Below are positions 17,054 to 27,302 of a stretch of 64,000 nt of DNA, piece by piece. Numbering within the stretch: the stretch's first letter is position 1; each line of letters starts with the position of its first letter. Source of the DNA: Nitrospiraceae bacterium. GTDB taxonomy: Bacteria; Nitrospirota; Nitrospiria; Nitrospirales; Nitrospiraceae. The notes beneath the pieces were generated by a model. It did not search any database. It was given only the letters and a program-made list of their open reading frames with translations, and was not told where the DNA came from. Both the position numbers and the translations under genes were made by a program. Location: positions 96,001-160,000 of the forward strand of contig JBFWWG010000003.1 in NCBI GenBank assembly GCA_050246315.1, read 5' to 3'.

Positions 17054-18421
17054 ATGGTTGAAGTACCCGTCAAGATGTATCTCTCCAGCCTCCTCAAGAA
17101 AGCGCGTGAATCCGTCACGCCCATGGCTCTGCTCTCGGGACCGGTGAAGGAGGCCACCCTTCGGACTGTGGCCGGACTGATCGCCGAACGAACCGAAGAC
17201 CTCTTGGCCGCCAACCAGGCAGATGTCCTGGCTGTCGGCAAGAGCCTCGAAGGCGAGAAGGATAAGGACCGGGTCAAGGCGGCGGTGAATCGCGTCAGGC
17301 TAACGGAGGATGACCTGAAGCTGATGGCCGACCGGATGCAGCGGGTGGCGGACCTCGACGATCCGGTGGGTCAGGTGCTCGAACAGGCGGAGCGGCCAAA
17401 CGGCATGCAGGTCCGGCGGGTCCGAGTTCCCATCGGGATGCTCGGGATCATCTCGGAGTTGAACCCCAATACCACCATGGAGATCCTGGCGCTCTGCTTC
17501 AAGGCCGGCAACGTGTCGGTGTTTCGCGGCGCGCCCGAATGGGCCGCCACCCACAAGGCGTTGGCGGCCCTGTTGCGGGAAGCAGGGGAGGAGCACCGGA
17601 TTCCGGCGGCGGCCCTCACCCTGATCGATCGACCCGAAAAGGACGTGGCACTGGAACTGATGCGCGCCACCCGGCAACAGATCGATGCGCTGATCGTGCG
17701 CGGGGGAGCGGGGCTCCGTAAGGCCGTGGCCGAGACGTCCCGACTCCCGATTCTCTGCCATGACGGGGCGGTCAATCATCTGTACATCGACGGCGATGTG
17801 GACATTCCAATGGCGCAGAACCTCATCGTCAACGCGAAGGCCCAGCAGCCTTCGGAGCCCAGTTCCGTCGATACGGTCCTGGTCCAGCAAAACATCGCGC
17901 GTCAGTTCCTCCCGGCTCTGATCCGTCGGCTGTTGGATGAATTCCACGTGGACGTCCTCGGCTGTCCCAAGACGGTCGCCATGATCGGGGCTCAACAACT
18001 GCCGCAATACCGGAACCTGGTCCCTGCTGCGGAGGAGGATTGGGGTAGGCAATTTGTTTCGCCGACCCTCGCGGTCAGGATGGTGAAGGATCTGGACGAG
18101 GCCCTGGCACATATTGCGCAGTACGGGACCGGCCATACCGTTGCGATCGCGACGCGCGACTATGCCCATGCCATGCGGTTCATCCGCGAGGTGGACGCGG
18201 CAGCGGTACTGGTCAACGCCTCGTCGCGGTTGCACAGCGGCGAAGAGTTCGGATTGGGCGGCGATGTCGGGCTCAGCTCGTCACGGTTGCATGCCAGGGG
18301 CCCCATCGGTCTTGAGGGTTTGACCACTCTCAAATACGTCGTGCTCGGCAGCGGCCAGTTACGCCATCCGCATCCGGTCCCGACGGCCTACGAAGATGCG
18401 ATCATGTTGAAGCGGTTTTGA
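17054..18421 (+). CDS. Gamma-glutamyl phosphate reductase (ProA)-like protein with degenerate active site
   Basis: L.DPVG....RPNG....RVP.G, LHARGPIGLEGLTT.KY; the CNAxET segment is replaced by PSSVDT. Confidence 0.85.
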   Translation: MVEVPVKMYLSSLLKKARESVTPMALLSGPVKEATLRTVAGLIAERTEDLLAANQADVLAVGKSLEGEKDKDRVKAAVNRVRLTEDDLKLMADRMQRVADLDDPVGQVLEQAERPNGMQVRRVRVPIGMLGIISELNPNTTMEILALCFKAGNVSVFRGAPEWAATHKALAALLREAGEEHRIPAAALTLIDRPEKDVALELMRATRQQIDALIVRGGAGLRKAVAETSRLPILCHDGAVNHLYIDGDVDIPMAQNLIVNAKAQQPSEPSSVDTVLVQQNIARQFLPALIRRLLDEFHVDVLGCPKTVAMIGAQQLPQYRNLVPAAEEDWGRQFVSPTLAVRMVKDLDEALAHIAQYGTGHTVAIATRDYAHAMRFIREVDAAAVLVNASSRLHSGEEFGLGGDVGLSSSRLHARGPIGLEGLTTLKYVVLGSGQLRHPHPVPTAYEDAIMLKRF

Positions 18422-18534
18422 TTTCGTTTCCGTGCGGTGTGAGACGAAAGATCGGCCCGCCCATGCAGATCTTGAGCTCTCACATCCGACAGTTAACGAG
18501 TGGCGTGTCCGATTTCACACTTGACGAATGACGA

Positions 18535-20061
18535 TTGACGATTCATGCCACCGTGACCGGCAAAGAGCTGCAGGAAGTCATTGCGGACCATCTGTTCTGG
18601 TGGGACCTCCGTCCGTTCGTATCCGACCGCGACTATGAACGCTGGCAGCGTGAACGTCTCCAACCCGCGGATCTGCATCAACTGAACCTGCTCGCCGAAA
18701 TCCGCCACCGGAATCCCTGCAAGGCGGAGCCGGACCTGGCCTTCTATGAGTTTGCGGCGCAGCCCCGCATCTACCCAGTCCTCTATAGTCAGCGCTTCGA
18801 CTATTATCTGACCGTCGGCGCCGCCATGTTGCCGTATTTCGAACGGTCGCGGCACGTGTTGGACTTCGGCTGCGGTCTGGGCATCCTGACGACGCTCTAC
18901 GCCAGGCGGCATCCTTCGGTGCTGTTCGTTGGATTGGACCGATCGCCCGGTTCCATTGCCGTGGCCCGCGAACGAACCGCCGCCCTGGGCCTGAAAAACC
19001 TGACGTTCCGCTTACTCGACCCGGACCGAGAGCCGCCCACCGGCTTGTACGACACGATCGTGTCCAGCCACTCGCTGTTTCAGTCTGAACAGGACCCAGG
19101 CCTGCCAAGCCGGTCGTGGGATACATTCGCACGGAAGGTTGACCCGACGATGCAACAGGCGTTCGAAACCAGAACCGGGTTGGGTCCCCGGTTGAACTGG
19201 CTTGCCTCCATCCTGGATCAGTCTGGCCGGTTGTTGCTGTTTGAAAAGGCCCGCCACCTTGGCCGGCGTATCGTCTTGCAACGCGCCCTGGCCGCCCGCG
19301 GATTCGCCTTGGAGCAACCGCCGCTCCCGCTCCAATACCTATCGGTCGAAGAACCGACAGAAGATGGACCGCTGTTTGTCTTGAGTCGGCATGCCGATGA
19401 TGCGACGTGCCACCCCTGGGACGAAGAACCCGAGCGAACCGACGGCGATCATCAGTTCATCTGCCGGAGCGCGGCAGCCGAATCCGTCTGGTCGCGCCTT
19501 CCTCATCGTCGCGCCACACGAACCCGCTCGTTCAATCTGCCCGGAATGTCGTCCGGCCTTCTCGAATGGGGGCGATCCGACCTGCTTCGCTACCTTTACT
19601 TCACCCGTGCGAGCGGCACCAGCGGGCTATGGGTGGGCTTGCCGGGACCGGACGACGATCTGCACGGCTCCTTACTTTACACCCTGACTTCGGCCGACTC
19701 GATCACGCCCGACCACCTGGAACGGCTTGAAGCATCCTTGGCCAGTCGCGGATTGGAGGATGACCCCGCCCTGGTGCCCCTCTACGAGAACCACACGGCC
19801 GCCGCCCAGTTGCTGTGGAACGAACTGGCTGAAAAGCTCCGGATCAAGGAGTATGATTCGCCGCTCCCGGACGGACGCCATCTCCACATCGAGCTGGGAC
19901 GGAGCGGGGCTCTGTCATATCTATACTGCGCCAATACATTCGACCAGCGGCAGCTCGTTCTGGTGGAATCCGATCGGCAGGCTCTTCTAGAGCAGTATTT
20001 CGAGGAACTTATCTCGAGACCGGCCCCGCCGGCTCCTGCTTCAGGCAAGCCTATCCGGTGA
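18535..20061 (+). CDS. Class I SAM-dependent methyltransferase with long C-terminal extension
   Basis: VLDFGCGLG...VGLDRS motifs I/II; start codon uncertain (TTG). Confidence 0.8.
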   Translation: MTIHATVTGKELQEVIADHLFWWDLRPFVSDRDYERWQRERLQPADLHQLNLLAEIRHRNPCKAEPDLAFYEFAAQPRIYPVLYSQRFDYYLTVGAAMLPYFERSRHVLDFGCGLGILTTLYARRHPSVLFVGLDRSPGSIAVARERTAALGLKNLTFRLLDPDREPPTGLYDTIVSSHSLFQSEQDPGLPSRSWDTFARKVDPTMQQAFETRTGLGPRLNWLASILDQSGRLLLFEKARHLGRRIVLQRALAARGFALEQPPLPLQYLSVEEPTEDGPLFVLSRHADDATCHPWDEEPERTDGDHQFICRSAAAESVWSRLPHRRATRTRSFNLPGMSSGLLEWGRSDLLRYLYFTRASGTSGLWVGLPGPDDDLHGSLLYTLTSADSITPDHLERLEASLASRGLEDDPALVPLYENHTAAAQLLWNELAEKLRIKEYDSPLPDGRHLHIELGRSGALSYLYCANTFDQRQLVLVESDRQALLEQYFEELISRPAPPAPASGKPIR

Positions 20062-20127
20062 TCTCGGTCGCTCGACCCGACTCTTCGACGGAAACCCCTT
20101 CACATGGATCGCCCCGAAGTTCCGGCC

Positions 20128-20157
20128 TTGACCCCTGAAAACACGCCAGCTTACAAT
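20128..20157 (+). promoter_or_regulatory. sigma70-like promoter for the radical SAM pair
   Basis: TTGACC, 18 bp, TACAAT. Confidence 0.55.
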
Positions 20158-20227
20158 GCGACAGACCTCATGATCTTATCCTTCATTTTGGATACGCCTG
20201 CCGCCGCCGCAAGGCAGGGGGCATGAT

Positions 20228-22129
20228 ATGCGTGTTGAGTATTCCAAGGGCGATCGTGCCTCCAAGGAGCTGATCCAGCTCCATCGCCGGACCTCCTTCC
20301 AGGCCACCGGTCGGAAGATGAAGGTCATGTTGATCTTCCCTCCCGACTGGTTTCCCTCCGAACCGTACCTGAGCCTTCCCTCCCTCACCTCCGTCCTCCG
20401 CCAAGCCGGCCACACCGTCGTCCAAAAAGACGTCAACCTCGAGATGTGGGACTGGTATTTCAGCGAAAGCTTTCTGAAGAAGGTCCTCCGCCGGGTGCCC
20501 CAACAGTTGGACCGGTTTCGCAAGCTCTCCAGAAAACGCGAGTTGGCCGAGTGGGAGATGGATGTCCAGGTGGCGCTGTGTGATGTGACTCGGCAGCGGA
20601 TCGACGAGCTGATCAAGAAGGCCGAGCAGGCCAAGCGCATCGTGAGAGAGGAAGATAACTTCTACGATATCGATAAGTTGGAATGGGCCATTCAAGTTTT
20701 CCGTGAAGTCACGCAGGTCATCTCGCTGGTCTATTCGCCGGCCCGAATTTGCATGCCGCCGATGGAGACGGATCTCTCCTACAAGCCCTATGTCTCGACC
20801 GAAATCATGGACGCGGTGGAGGACGAACAGGTCAACATCTACCGCGACGTGTTCGAGCACCTGGTCAAGCCGGCAATCGAGGAGCATCGGCCGGACGTGG
20901 TCGGTATCTCCATCGTGCTCCAGCAGCAAATCTTCTCCTCGATGACCTTCTGCGCCTTGATCAAGAAACAGTTCCCTCAGATTCATGTGACGATCGGCGG
21001 CAACACGGTCACGCGCCTCCGGGACGTGCTGCCCGAGTCGCCGCTGTTTCAATATTTCGACAGCGTGGTGGTGTATGAAGGGGAGACGGCGTTCGTACAA
21101 CTGGTCGAAGCGGTGGGTGCCAAGAGAGATCTTTCCGACGTCCCCAATACCATCTACAAGGACGACCAGGGTGTGCATGTCTCGACCACCAGCTATGCCG
21201 AAGACATGGCCGCGCTGCCGCCTCCCGATTTCGACGGGTTGCCGCTAGAGACATATTTCACGCCGACCAAGATATTGCCGTACCTCGCGACGCGCGGCTG
21301 TTACTGGGGCCGCTGTGAGTTCTGCGACCACGGCGAAGGGTACACGGCCGGCTACCGGTCGAAGAAAATCCAGGACGTGCTGGCGGACATCCAGCACCTC
21401 AAAGACAAATACGGCGCCCGACATTTCCACTTTACCGACGAATCCTATCCGCCGGCCCTTTTCCGCAAGCTCGCGCGCGGTCTCATCGAGAACAAGATGG
21501 ACATCTTCTGGACGACCCATATGCGGTTCGAGAAGAGTCTCTTGGAGGAGGGCGTCTGGGAAGACGCGAAGAACTCCGGCTGCCGCTATCTCCACTTCGG
21601 GTACGAGTCGGGCAACGAGCGGGTGCTCAAGCTGATGGACAAGGCCACGACGACGGAAGTGATGGCCAGGCATCTCAAATACACGGCGGAGGCGGGCATC
21701 TGGAACCACTGTATGGGTTTCTTCGGCTTTCCGGGAGAAACGAGAGAGGAAGCCTGGCAGTCAGTGCAGTTCCTGGAGCAGAACAAGGACCATGTCCATT
21801 CGCTGGGCTTCGGCACGTTCGATCTCGGCCGGCACAACCCCGTGGCCAAGCATCCGGGACGATGGGGGGTGACGCCCTATAGGAATCCGGATTGGGATCT
21901 GGCGCTCGACTATTACTTCACCGTGAAGGAAGGGTTGAGCATCGAAGAGGCGGAACGGGTGTTCCAGGAATTCGAACGAAATCATTACGCAGGATGGGAC
22001 CTGCGCCTCTATGTCCGGGAGTATATTTTCCTTTATATTTGCCGGTTCGGGCTGAAGAAGTTGCCGCATCTGCAATACCAGGCGGCGAAGACTCTGGGCC
22101 ATACGCCGACGCTGGCGGGGAAGATGTGA
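20228..22129 (+). CDS. B12-binding radical SAM enzyme (paralog 1)
   Basis: N-terminal cobalamin-binding domain (PDVVGIS, IGGN, YEGE) and RGCYWGRCEFC (CxxxCxxC). Confidence 0.92.
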   Translation: MRVEYSKGDRASKELIQLHRRTSFQATGRKMKVMLIFPPDWFPSEPYLSLPSLTSVLRQAGHTVVQKDVNLEMWDWYFSESFLKKVLRRVPQQLDRFRKLSRKRELAEWEMDVQVALCDVTRQRIDELIKKAEQAKRIVREEDNFYDIDKLEWAIQVFREVTQVISLVYSPARICMPPMETDLSYKPYVSTEIMDAVEDEQVNIYRDVFEHLVKPAIEEHRPDVVGISIVLQQQIFSSMTFCALIKKQFPQIHVTIGGNTVTRLRDVLPESPLFQYFDSVVVYEGETAFVQLVEAVGAKRDLSDVPNTIYKDDQGVHVSTTSYAEDMAALPPPDFDGLPLETYFTPTKILPYLATRGCYWGRCEFCDHGEGYTAGYRSKKIQDVLADIQHLKDKYGARHFHFTDESYPPALFRKLARGLIENKMDIFWTTHMRFEKSLLEEGVWEDAKNSGCRYLHFGYESGNERVLKLMDKATTTEVMARHLKYTAEAGIWNHCMGFFGFPGETREEAWQSVQFLEQNKDHVHSLGFGTFDLGRHNPVAKHPGRWGVTPYRNPDWDLALDYYFTVKEGLSIEEAERVFQEFERNHYAGWDLRLYVREYIFLYICRFGLKKLPHLQYQAAKTLGHTPTLAGKM

Positions 22130-22201
22130 TCTCGCAACGCGCTGGGTATTGAGTTCAGGGATTGTTTCACGGGTGATGATTGACGTTGGACGGATGACGA
22201 G

Positions 22202-24163
22202 ATGAGCACAGGCGGCTTCATTCAAATCGACGGCCTCGCCCCATTGGCCAAGGAGGCACGGAAGCAGTCGAAGGTCATGCTGCTGTTTCCTCCCGAGTGG
22301 GTGCCGACCGCGCCCTACCTCGCGCTGCCAAGCCTGACCGCCGTGCTTCGACAAGCCGGCCACACCGTCGTCCAGCGGGACATCAATATCGAGATGTACG
22401 ATCACTTCTTTACGACCGAGTTCATGGTCTGGGTCAGAGCCCGACAGACCATGCAGTTCAAGGCTCTGCAGATGAAAGCGAAGCGGGGAGAACTGACGGA
22501 CCAGGAGGCCGGCCAGTTGTCCGTGCTGGAACAACTCATGGCGATCGACGTCTTCGATCTTGCGGCGCGCGCCGAGGAGGCGAAACACGTTGTCCGCAGC
22601 GAGCTCTTTTACGAGGCCGACGGGCTCGAACGGGCGCTCAACACGTTCCGCGAGGTGATGCAGTACATCTCCGCCGCCTATTTCCCCGCCTCGCTGGTGT
22701 TCTATCCAATGGAAAGCAATCTGGGCTACCGGCCGGGTGTCTCGAAAGAAGTCTTCGCGTGTTTGGACGACGAGCAGGTGAATGTCTACCGCGATATCTG
22801 TCATCAGCTCGTGCTGCCGTCGGTGAGCAAGGAGAAGCCGGACGTGGTCGGCGTGTCGATCGGGACGCAGATGCAATTGATCGCGGGACTGACGTTCTGC
22901 AAGATGATCAAGGAGACATTCCCGCACGTGCACGTGGTGGTCGGCGGCAACGTCATCACCAGGCTCCAGGAAGAGTTGCCGAGACATACGAGGCTGTTCA
23001 CGGACGTCTTTGATTCGGCCATTCTTTATGAAGGGGAACATGCCCTGCTTTGGCTCATCGAAGCGTTGAACGGCCAGCGTGACCTTGCGACGGTACCCAA
23101 TCTGATGTACCGGACCGTCGCGGGCATTCACCAGAATCGGGAGATCTACACCGAGAAGACGACGGCGTTGCCGATTCCGGACTTCGACGGCCTCCCGCTC
23201 GACCTCTATTTCGTACCGGAGCGGATCATTCCCTATCTCGCGACACGCGGCTGCTATTGGGGTCGCTGTACGTTCTGCGACCACGGCCAGGGCTATTTCG
23301 ATCAGTACCGAGGGATGACGGCTTCACTCGTCGTGGAGCAGGTGAAGGCCCTGCGCGACAAGTATCGGTGCCGACACTTCCTGTTCGCCGATGAGTCTTA
23401 TCCGCCCGCGTTGTTCAAGAAGGTATCGCAATTGCTCGTGGATCAGGATGTGGGAATCAGATGGACGACCTTGATCCGCTTTGAGGAGACGCTCCAGGAC
23501 CAGGCGATCTGGGACCTTGCCGCGAAGGCCGGATGCTGCACGCTCTATTACGGCATGGAGTCGGCGAATGAACGTGTTCTGAACCTCATGGACAAGCATG
23601 CCAAGAAGAGCGTCATCGAGAGGAATCTGCATCTGGCGGCGAAGGCGGGCATCTGGAACCATGTCATGGCCTTCTACGGCTTCCCCGGTGAGACGCGCGA
23701 AGAGGCGCTGGAGACCAGGCAGTTCGTGCTCGACAACCAGCCGGTGATCCATTCAGTCGAGCTGTTCTACTTTGTGGCCTACCGGCACACGGCGATGGTG
23801 CGCAACCCCGAGAAGTTCGGTATCACGATTCACAAGCAGGAGGAATACGACCTTCCGCTGGACTATTACTACACGCTGAACGAACCGGTGGGAATTTCGT
23901 GCCTCGATGCGATGCAGCTCTGCGAGGAATTCTATCGAAACGATTTCCAGCCCTGGGCCGTGCGCGTGAACGCGCGCGAGCATGTGTTCCTCTACATCTC
24001 CAAGTTCGGCACAAACAAGCTGCCGCAGATTTATGCGCAGCAGCAAACGGTGGGCTCATCCGATCGCGTGTCGGGATTGGTGACATGGCCGGTTTCGGTC
24101 GGTGAGAACGAGGAGGGAAAGGAAACGCTGAGCCGAGTAATGAGCCACGGCGCGGGAGAGTAA
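22202..24163 (+). CDS. B12-binding radical SAM enzyme (paralog 2)
   Basis: Same architecture, RGCYWGRCTFC; colinear with paralog 1. Confidence 0.92.
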   Translation: MSTGGFIQIDGLAPLAKEARKQSKVMLLFPPEWVPTAPYLALPSLTAVLRQAGHTVVQRDINIEMYDHFFTTEFMVWVRARQTMQFKALQMKAKRGELTDQEAGQLSVLEQLMAIDVFDLAARAEEAKHVVRSELFYEADGLERALNTFREVMQYISAAYFPASLVFYPMESNLGYRPGVSKEVFACLDDEQVNVYRDICHQLVLPSVSKEKPDVVGVSIGTQMQLIAGLTFCKMIKETFPHVHVVVGGNVITRLQEELPRHTRLFTDVFDSAILYEGEHALLWLIEALNGQRDLATVPNLMYRTVAGIHQNREIYTEKTTALPIPDFDGLPLDLYFVPERIIPYLATRGCYWGRCTFCDHGQGYFDQYRGMTASLVVEQVKALRDKYRCRHFLFADESYPPALFKKVSQLLVDQDVGIRWTTLIRFEETLQDQAIWDLAAKAGCCTLYYGMESANERVLNLMDKHAKKSVIERNLHLAAKAGIWNHVMAFYGFPGETREEALETRQFVLDNQPVIHSVELFYFVAYRHTAMVRNPEKFGITIHKQEEYDLPLDYYYTLNEPVGISCLDAMQLCEEFYRNDFQPWAVRVNAREHVFLYISKFGTNKLPQIYAQQQTVGSSDRVSGLVTWPVSVGENEEGKETLSRVMSHGAGE

Positions 24164-24178
24164 GCGGCGGCAGGTCCG

Positions 24179-24427
24179 TTACTGCGGATCGAATCGGCTT
24201 GATAAGAGCTGATAGGCCGCTTCAATCTGTTTGGTCATCGCCTCCGCCTGCTTGTACATCTGCATATACTTCCTTGGGCTGTTGGTGAGATTGGCGTAAC
24301 GCGCCGGATACCACATATGGAGTAGTTCCCGGCGTTTGTAGGTGAGCTGCTTGGCCGTCACCGGCGGCGCGAGCCCGAAAAGTTCGAGAGCCCGTGCGAG
24401 ATCATCGTCGGGATCACCGACCATCAT
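24179..24427 (-). CDS. Small J-domain-like protein lacking HPD
   Basis: ALELFGL...KRRELL..WYPARY...KQIEAAYQLL resembles a J domain. Confidence 0.65.
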   Translation of the reverse strand: MMVGDPDDDLARALELFGLAPPVTAKQLTYKRRELLHMWYPARYANLTNSPRKYMQMYKQAEAMTKQIEAAYQLLSSRFDPQ

Positions 24428-24478
24428 GAGTCAGTCTGTCAAAGGGATGTTCACCCTGTCAATCCGCTGAACTTTGCC

Positions 24479-25717
24479 ATGCCAACCGAACTGCCGATTC
24501 TGCAGGCCCCTCCCATCTTCAGGAACAAGGACTACCGCGAGGTCCTGATCCGGGAATTGGAGGGAGGAAAGATTCCCATCAGCCTCGGCAAGGCCTGTCC
24601 GGTCAAGTGCGAGTTCTGCTACGAGATCGACCACTCCTATCGCGAAACACTTGATCCGCCGAAGACGACGGACGCGGACTGGAAGTTCATCATCGATTAT
24701 CTCAACAAGCAGCCGACCGATCCGATGCAGTTTTGGTGTCTCGGCGGCAACGAATACATGGAATGGACCGATCTGTTTCTCCATCCCAAGGCGATGGAAT
24801 GGGTCGAGGACTTTCTCACCTCCACGGACAAGAATATCTCGTTCTTTACGGTGGGTTATGTGCAGGTACCGAAACTCCATCAGTTGGCGGCGCGGTATCC
24901 GGGACGGATCAACTTCGAGCTGTCGGTCATCACGTTGAGCGAGTATCGGCAACGCCTGATGCCCCACGCTCCTTCGATCAAGCATCTGATGAAGGTGCTG
25001 GACGGGCCCGCCGTCTCGTCGGCCAATTTCTACTCCTTTGATCACCGTACGATGTCCGAGGATGCCCGTCACATCTCGGCGGTGAATCGCTCTTGCGTGC
25101 TCTGGATGGGGTGCCTCACCCCCGTCAAGGGCGTCAAGCCGGACACCTGCACGCTCATGCGGCAGGGGCGGGACAGGCTGCCCGACGAGGCCCGACGCAT
25201 TTATGACATGGGCCTCCCGAATTCGACCACGATTCACACCGAGGCCTATATCACGGCGTTTCTCAACCGCCGACGCATCGTAAGCATGTTCGATGCTCTG
25301 GAACTGGAGAAGAAGGACACCGTCGTCGTCGCCAAGAGCGTGCATCGGATTCTCTCGATGTACCGCAAGAATCGCGCGCGTTTCCTCTTTGTGCCGAATG
25401 CCACCCTCGGAGGCGACTCCGACTGTACGGTGCTGCTGACCTTCGACGACATCGCCCGCCGAGTCACGACGGAAAAGGTGCTCCACATTCCGAAGTGCGT
25501 GATGCAATCCGGACGAGGCGACGACACGGATATCACCGGGGTGACGCTCGGACAATTCACGCAGAAAACCGGCGTGCGGGTGAAGGTCTTGCATAAGATC
25601 AACACCCAGTTCGCGAATCGGCTCCTCTTTCGGAACGGATTGCTCAAGACCTATGTGGAAGATTATCTGAACAATCCCATGACGCAACAATACGAGACTC
25701 TTCCGATTCCAGCCTGA
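24479..25717 (+). CDS. Radical SAM-like Fe-S protein of unknown function
   Basis: N-terminal CPVKCEFCY (CxxxCxxC); C-terminal GGDSDCTVLLTFDD. Confidence 0.8.
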   Translation: MPTELPILQAPPIFRNKDYREVLIRELEGGKIPISLGKACPVKCEFCYEIDHSYRETLDPPKTTDADWKFIIDYLNKQPTDPMQFWCLGGNEYMEWTDLFLHPKAMEWVEDFLTSTDKNISFFTVGYVQVPKLHQLAARYPGRINFELSVITLSEYRQRLMPHAPSIKHLMKVLDGPAVSSANFYSFDHRTMSEDARHISAVNRSCVLWMGCLTPVKGVKPDTCTLMRQGRDRLPDEARRIYDMGLPNSTTIHTEAYITAFLNRRRIVSMFDALELEKKDTVVVAKSVHRILSMYRKNRARFLFVPNATLGGDSDCTVLLTFDDIARRVTTEKVLHIPKCVMQSGRGDDTDITGVTLGQFTQKTGVRVKVLHKINTQFANRLLFRNGLLKTYVEDYLNNPMTQQYETLPIPA

Positions 25718-25741
25718 TCCGGCCGCGTTCGCCTTTCCGCG

Positions 25742-25770
25742 TTGACAAGACCGCGTCCGGAACCTACAGT
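25742..25770 (+). promoter_or_regulatory. sigma70-like promoter of the PhzF-like gene
   Basis: TTGACA, 17 bp, TACAGT. Confidence 0.6.
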
Positions 25771-25780
25771 ACAGACACGC

Positions 25781-26713
25781 ATGCCCGGCGAGCCAAGATC
25801 TCTCAAGTTCTATCAAGCCGACGTCTTTTCCGACCGTCCGTTCGGCGGCAATCCGGTAGCGGTCGTGCCCGATGCCGTCGGCCTGGATGATCGCGTCTTG
25901 CAGCGGATCGCACGCGAGATGAATCTGTCGGAGACCGTGTTTGTCTTTCCGCCCACCGATCCGGCGGCGGTCGCCAAACTGCGTATCTTCACGCCGACTC
26001 AGGAGATCCCCTTCGCCGGACATCCCGTCGTCGGGACCTTCCATATCCTGGCATTGCTCAAGCGGATTCCTCTGAAGGAACCCTGCACGCGCGTGTTGCA
26101 GGAATGTAATTTGGGTCTCTTTCAGGTCGAGATCTATTCCGCGGACGATGAGATTCTCCGCGTCATCATGTCACAACCGCAGCCTCAATTTTTGGGACGT
26201 GTCGAAGAGGTGCGGGATCAGTTCGAGATCGCGCAGGCCTTGGGCGTCGCCAAATCGGCGATCGCCGCAACCAAGTTTCCTATCGAGATCGTGTCCACCG
26301 GGCTGCCGACCCTGATCGTGCCGATGCGGACGCTCACGGCCGTCGATTCGATCACCCCTCATCCGCAGGCCATCGCGGAGTTGTGCGATCGGTTCGGCGC
26401 CAACGCCATGCTGGTCTTCACGACGGTGACGGTCGAGCCGCGTTCCACCGTGCACACACGCGTCTTTGCTCCGGCCATCGGCATCGTAGAGGATCCCGCC
26501 ACAGGGAGCGCCAGCGGAGCGCTCGGCGCCTACCTGGTTCAAAACGGGGTTGTGCAGGTCAATCCGACGACCGACATCATTGCGGAGCAGGGCTACGAAT
26601 TGGAGCGACCGTCGCGCATTCTGATCCGAGTGGAATCGGACGACGATATGATCAAGGACATCAAAGTCGGCGGAAGCGCCGTGATGGTCGTGGAAGGCAC
26701 GCTGAATTTCTAG
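25781..26713 (+). CDS. PhzF family isomerase/epimerase
   Basis: [38 protein letters not shown]. Confidence 0.93.
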   Translation: MPGEPRSLKFYQADVFSDRPFGGNPVAVVPDAVGLDDRVLQRIAREMNLSETVFVFPPTDPAAVAKLRIFTPTQEIPFAGHPVVGTFHILALLKRIPLKEPCTRVLQECNLGLFQVEIYSADDEILRVIMSQPQPQFLGRVEEVRDQFEIAQALGVAKSAIAATKFPIEIVSTGLPTLIVPMRTLTAVDSITPHPQAIAELCDRFGANAMLVFTTVTVEPRSTVHTRVFAPAIGIVEDPATGSASGALGAYLVQNGVVQVNPTTDIIAEQGYELERPSRILIRVESDDDMIKDIKVGGSAVMVVEGTLNF

Positions 26714-26900
26714 CCCGTTTTTTTACGATGACTTCTACTGCCACCGCCGTGGACCCGTTGGCGCCCAAGAGCACCGGGTACCCCGGCTACGACAAGGTTG
26801 GTTGAGCCTGAAGAGCAGCCGAGACTCGAAATCGAGTCCGTTTAGCTGACATCCCAGGAACACAGACGGACGTATTTGCGTCACAAAGAAGGAGGAAGCA

Positions 26901-27302
26901 ATGTCCACAGTCGGTCAGCTCATGAATTCCAAACCAGTCGCCGTCGGGTCCTCTACGTCCGTGAAGGGTGCGGCGAAACGCATGAAGGACGATCACATCA
27001 GCTCGCTCTTGGTGAAAAAGGGCGGCAGGATCGTCGGCATTATCACCGACAGCGACATCGTGAGGCGCGGCATCGCCGGAACCAAGGATCTCAACAAGCT
27101 GACCGTCCAGGACATTATGACGGCACCGGTGGCAACGATTGAGACCGTCCGCACCGCTCAGGACGCGCACGACATGATGGGTGATCTCGGCGTGCGGCAT
27201 CTCGGCGTGACGCGTGGCGGCGACATCATCGGCATCATTTCGGTTAGGGATTTGCTGGTTTTTTATAGGCGCGTGTCGGAACCGAAGATCACCCAGGATT
27301 AG
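26901..27302 (+). CDS. CBS-pair domain protein
   Basis: VGIITDSDIV, RHLGV...GIISVRDL; GGAGG RBS. Confidence 0.9.
   Translation: MSTVGQLMNSKPVAVGSSTSVKGAAKRMKDDHISSLLVKKGGRIVGIITDSDIVRRGIAGTKDLNKLTVQDIMTAPVATIETVRTAQDAHDMMGDLGVRHLGVTRGGDIIGIISVRDLLVFYRRVSEPKITQD

Noticed and set aside
21761..26044. Long minus-strand ORFs (507 aa and 537 aa) opposite the radical SAM genes
   Set aside because: Typical antisense shadow frames of high-GC genes with no recognisable motifs; the same applies to those opposite hemA and ftsH
26728..26805. 25-aa peptide MTSTATAVDPLAPKSTGYPGYDKVG as a RiPP precursor for the radical SAM cluster
   Set aside because: No RBS, follows a T-run, no leader-like features; cannot be supported without conservation data
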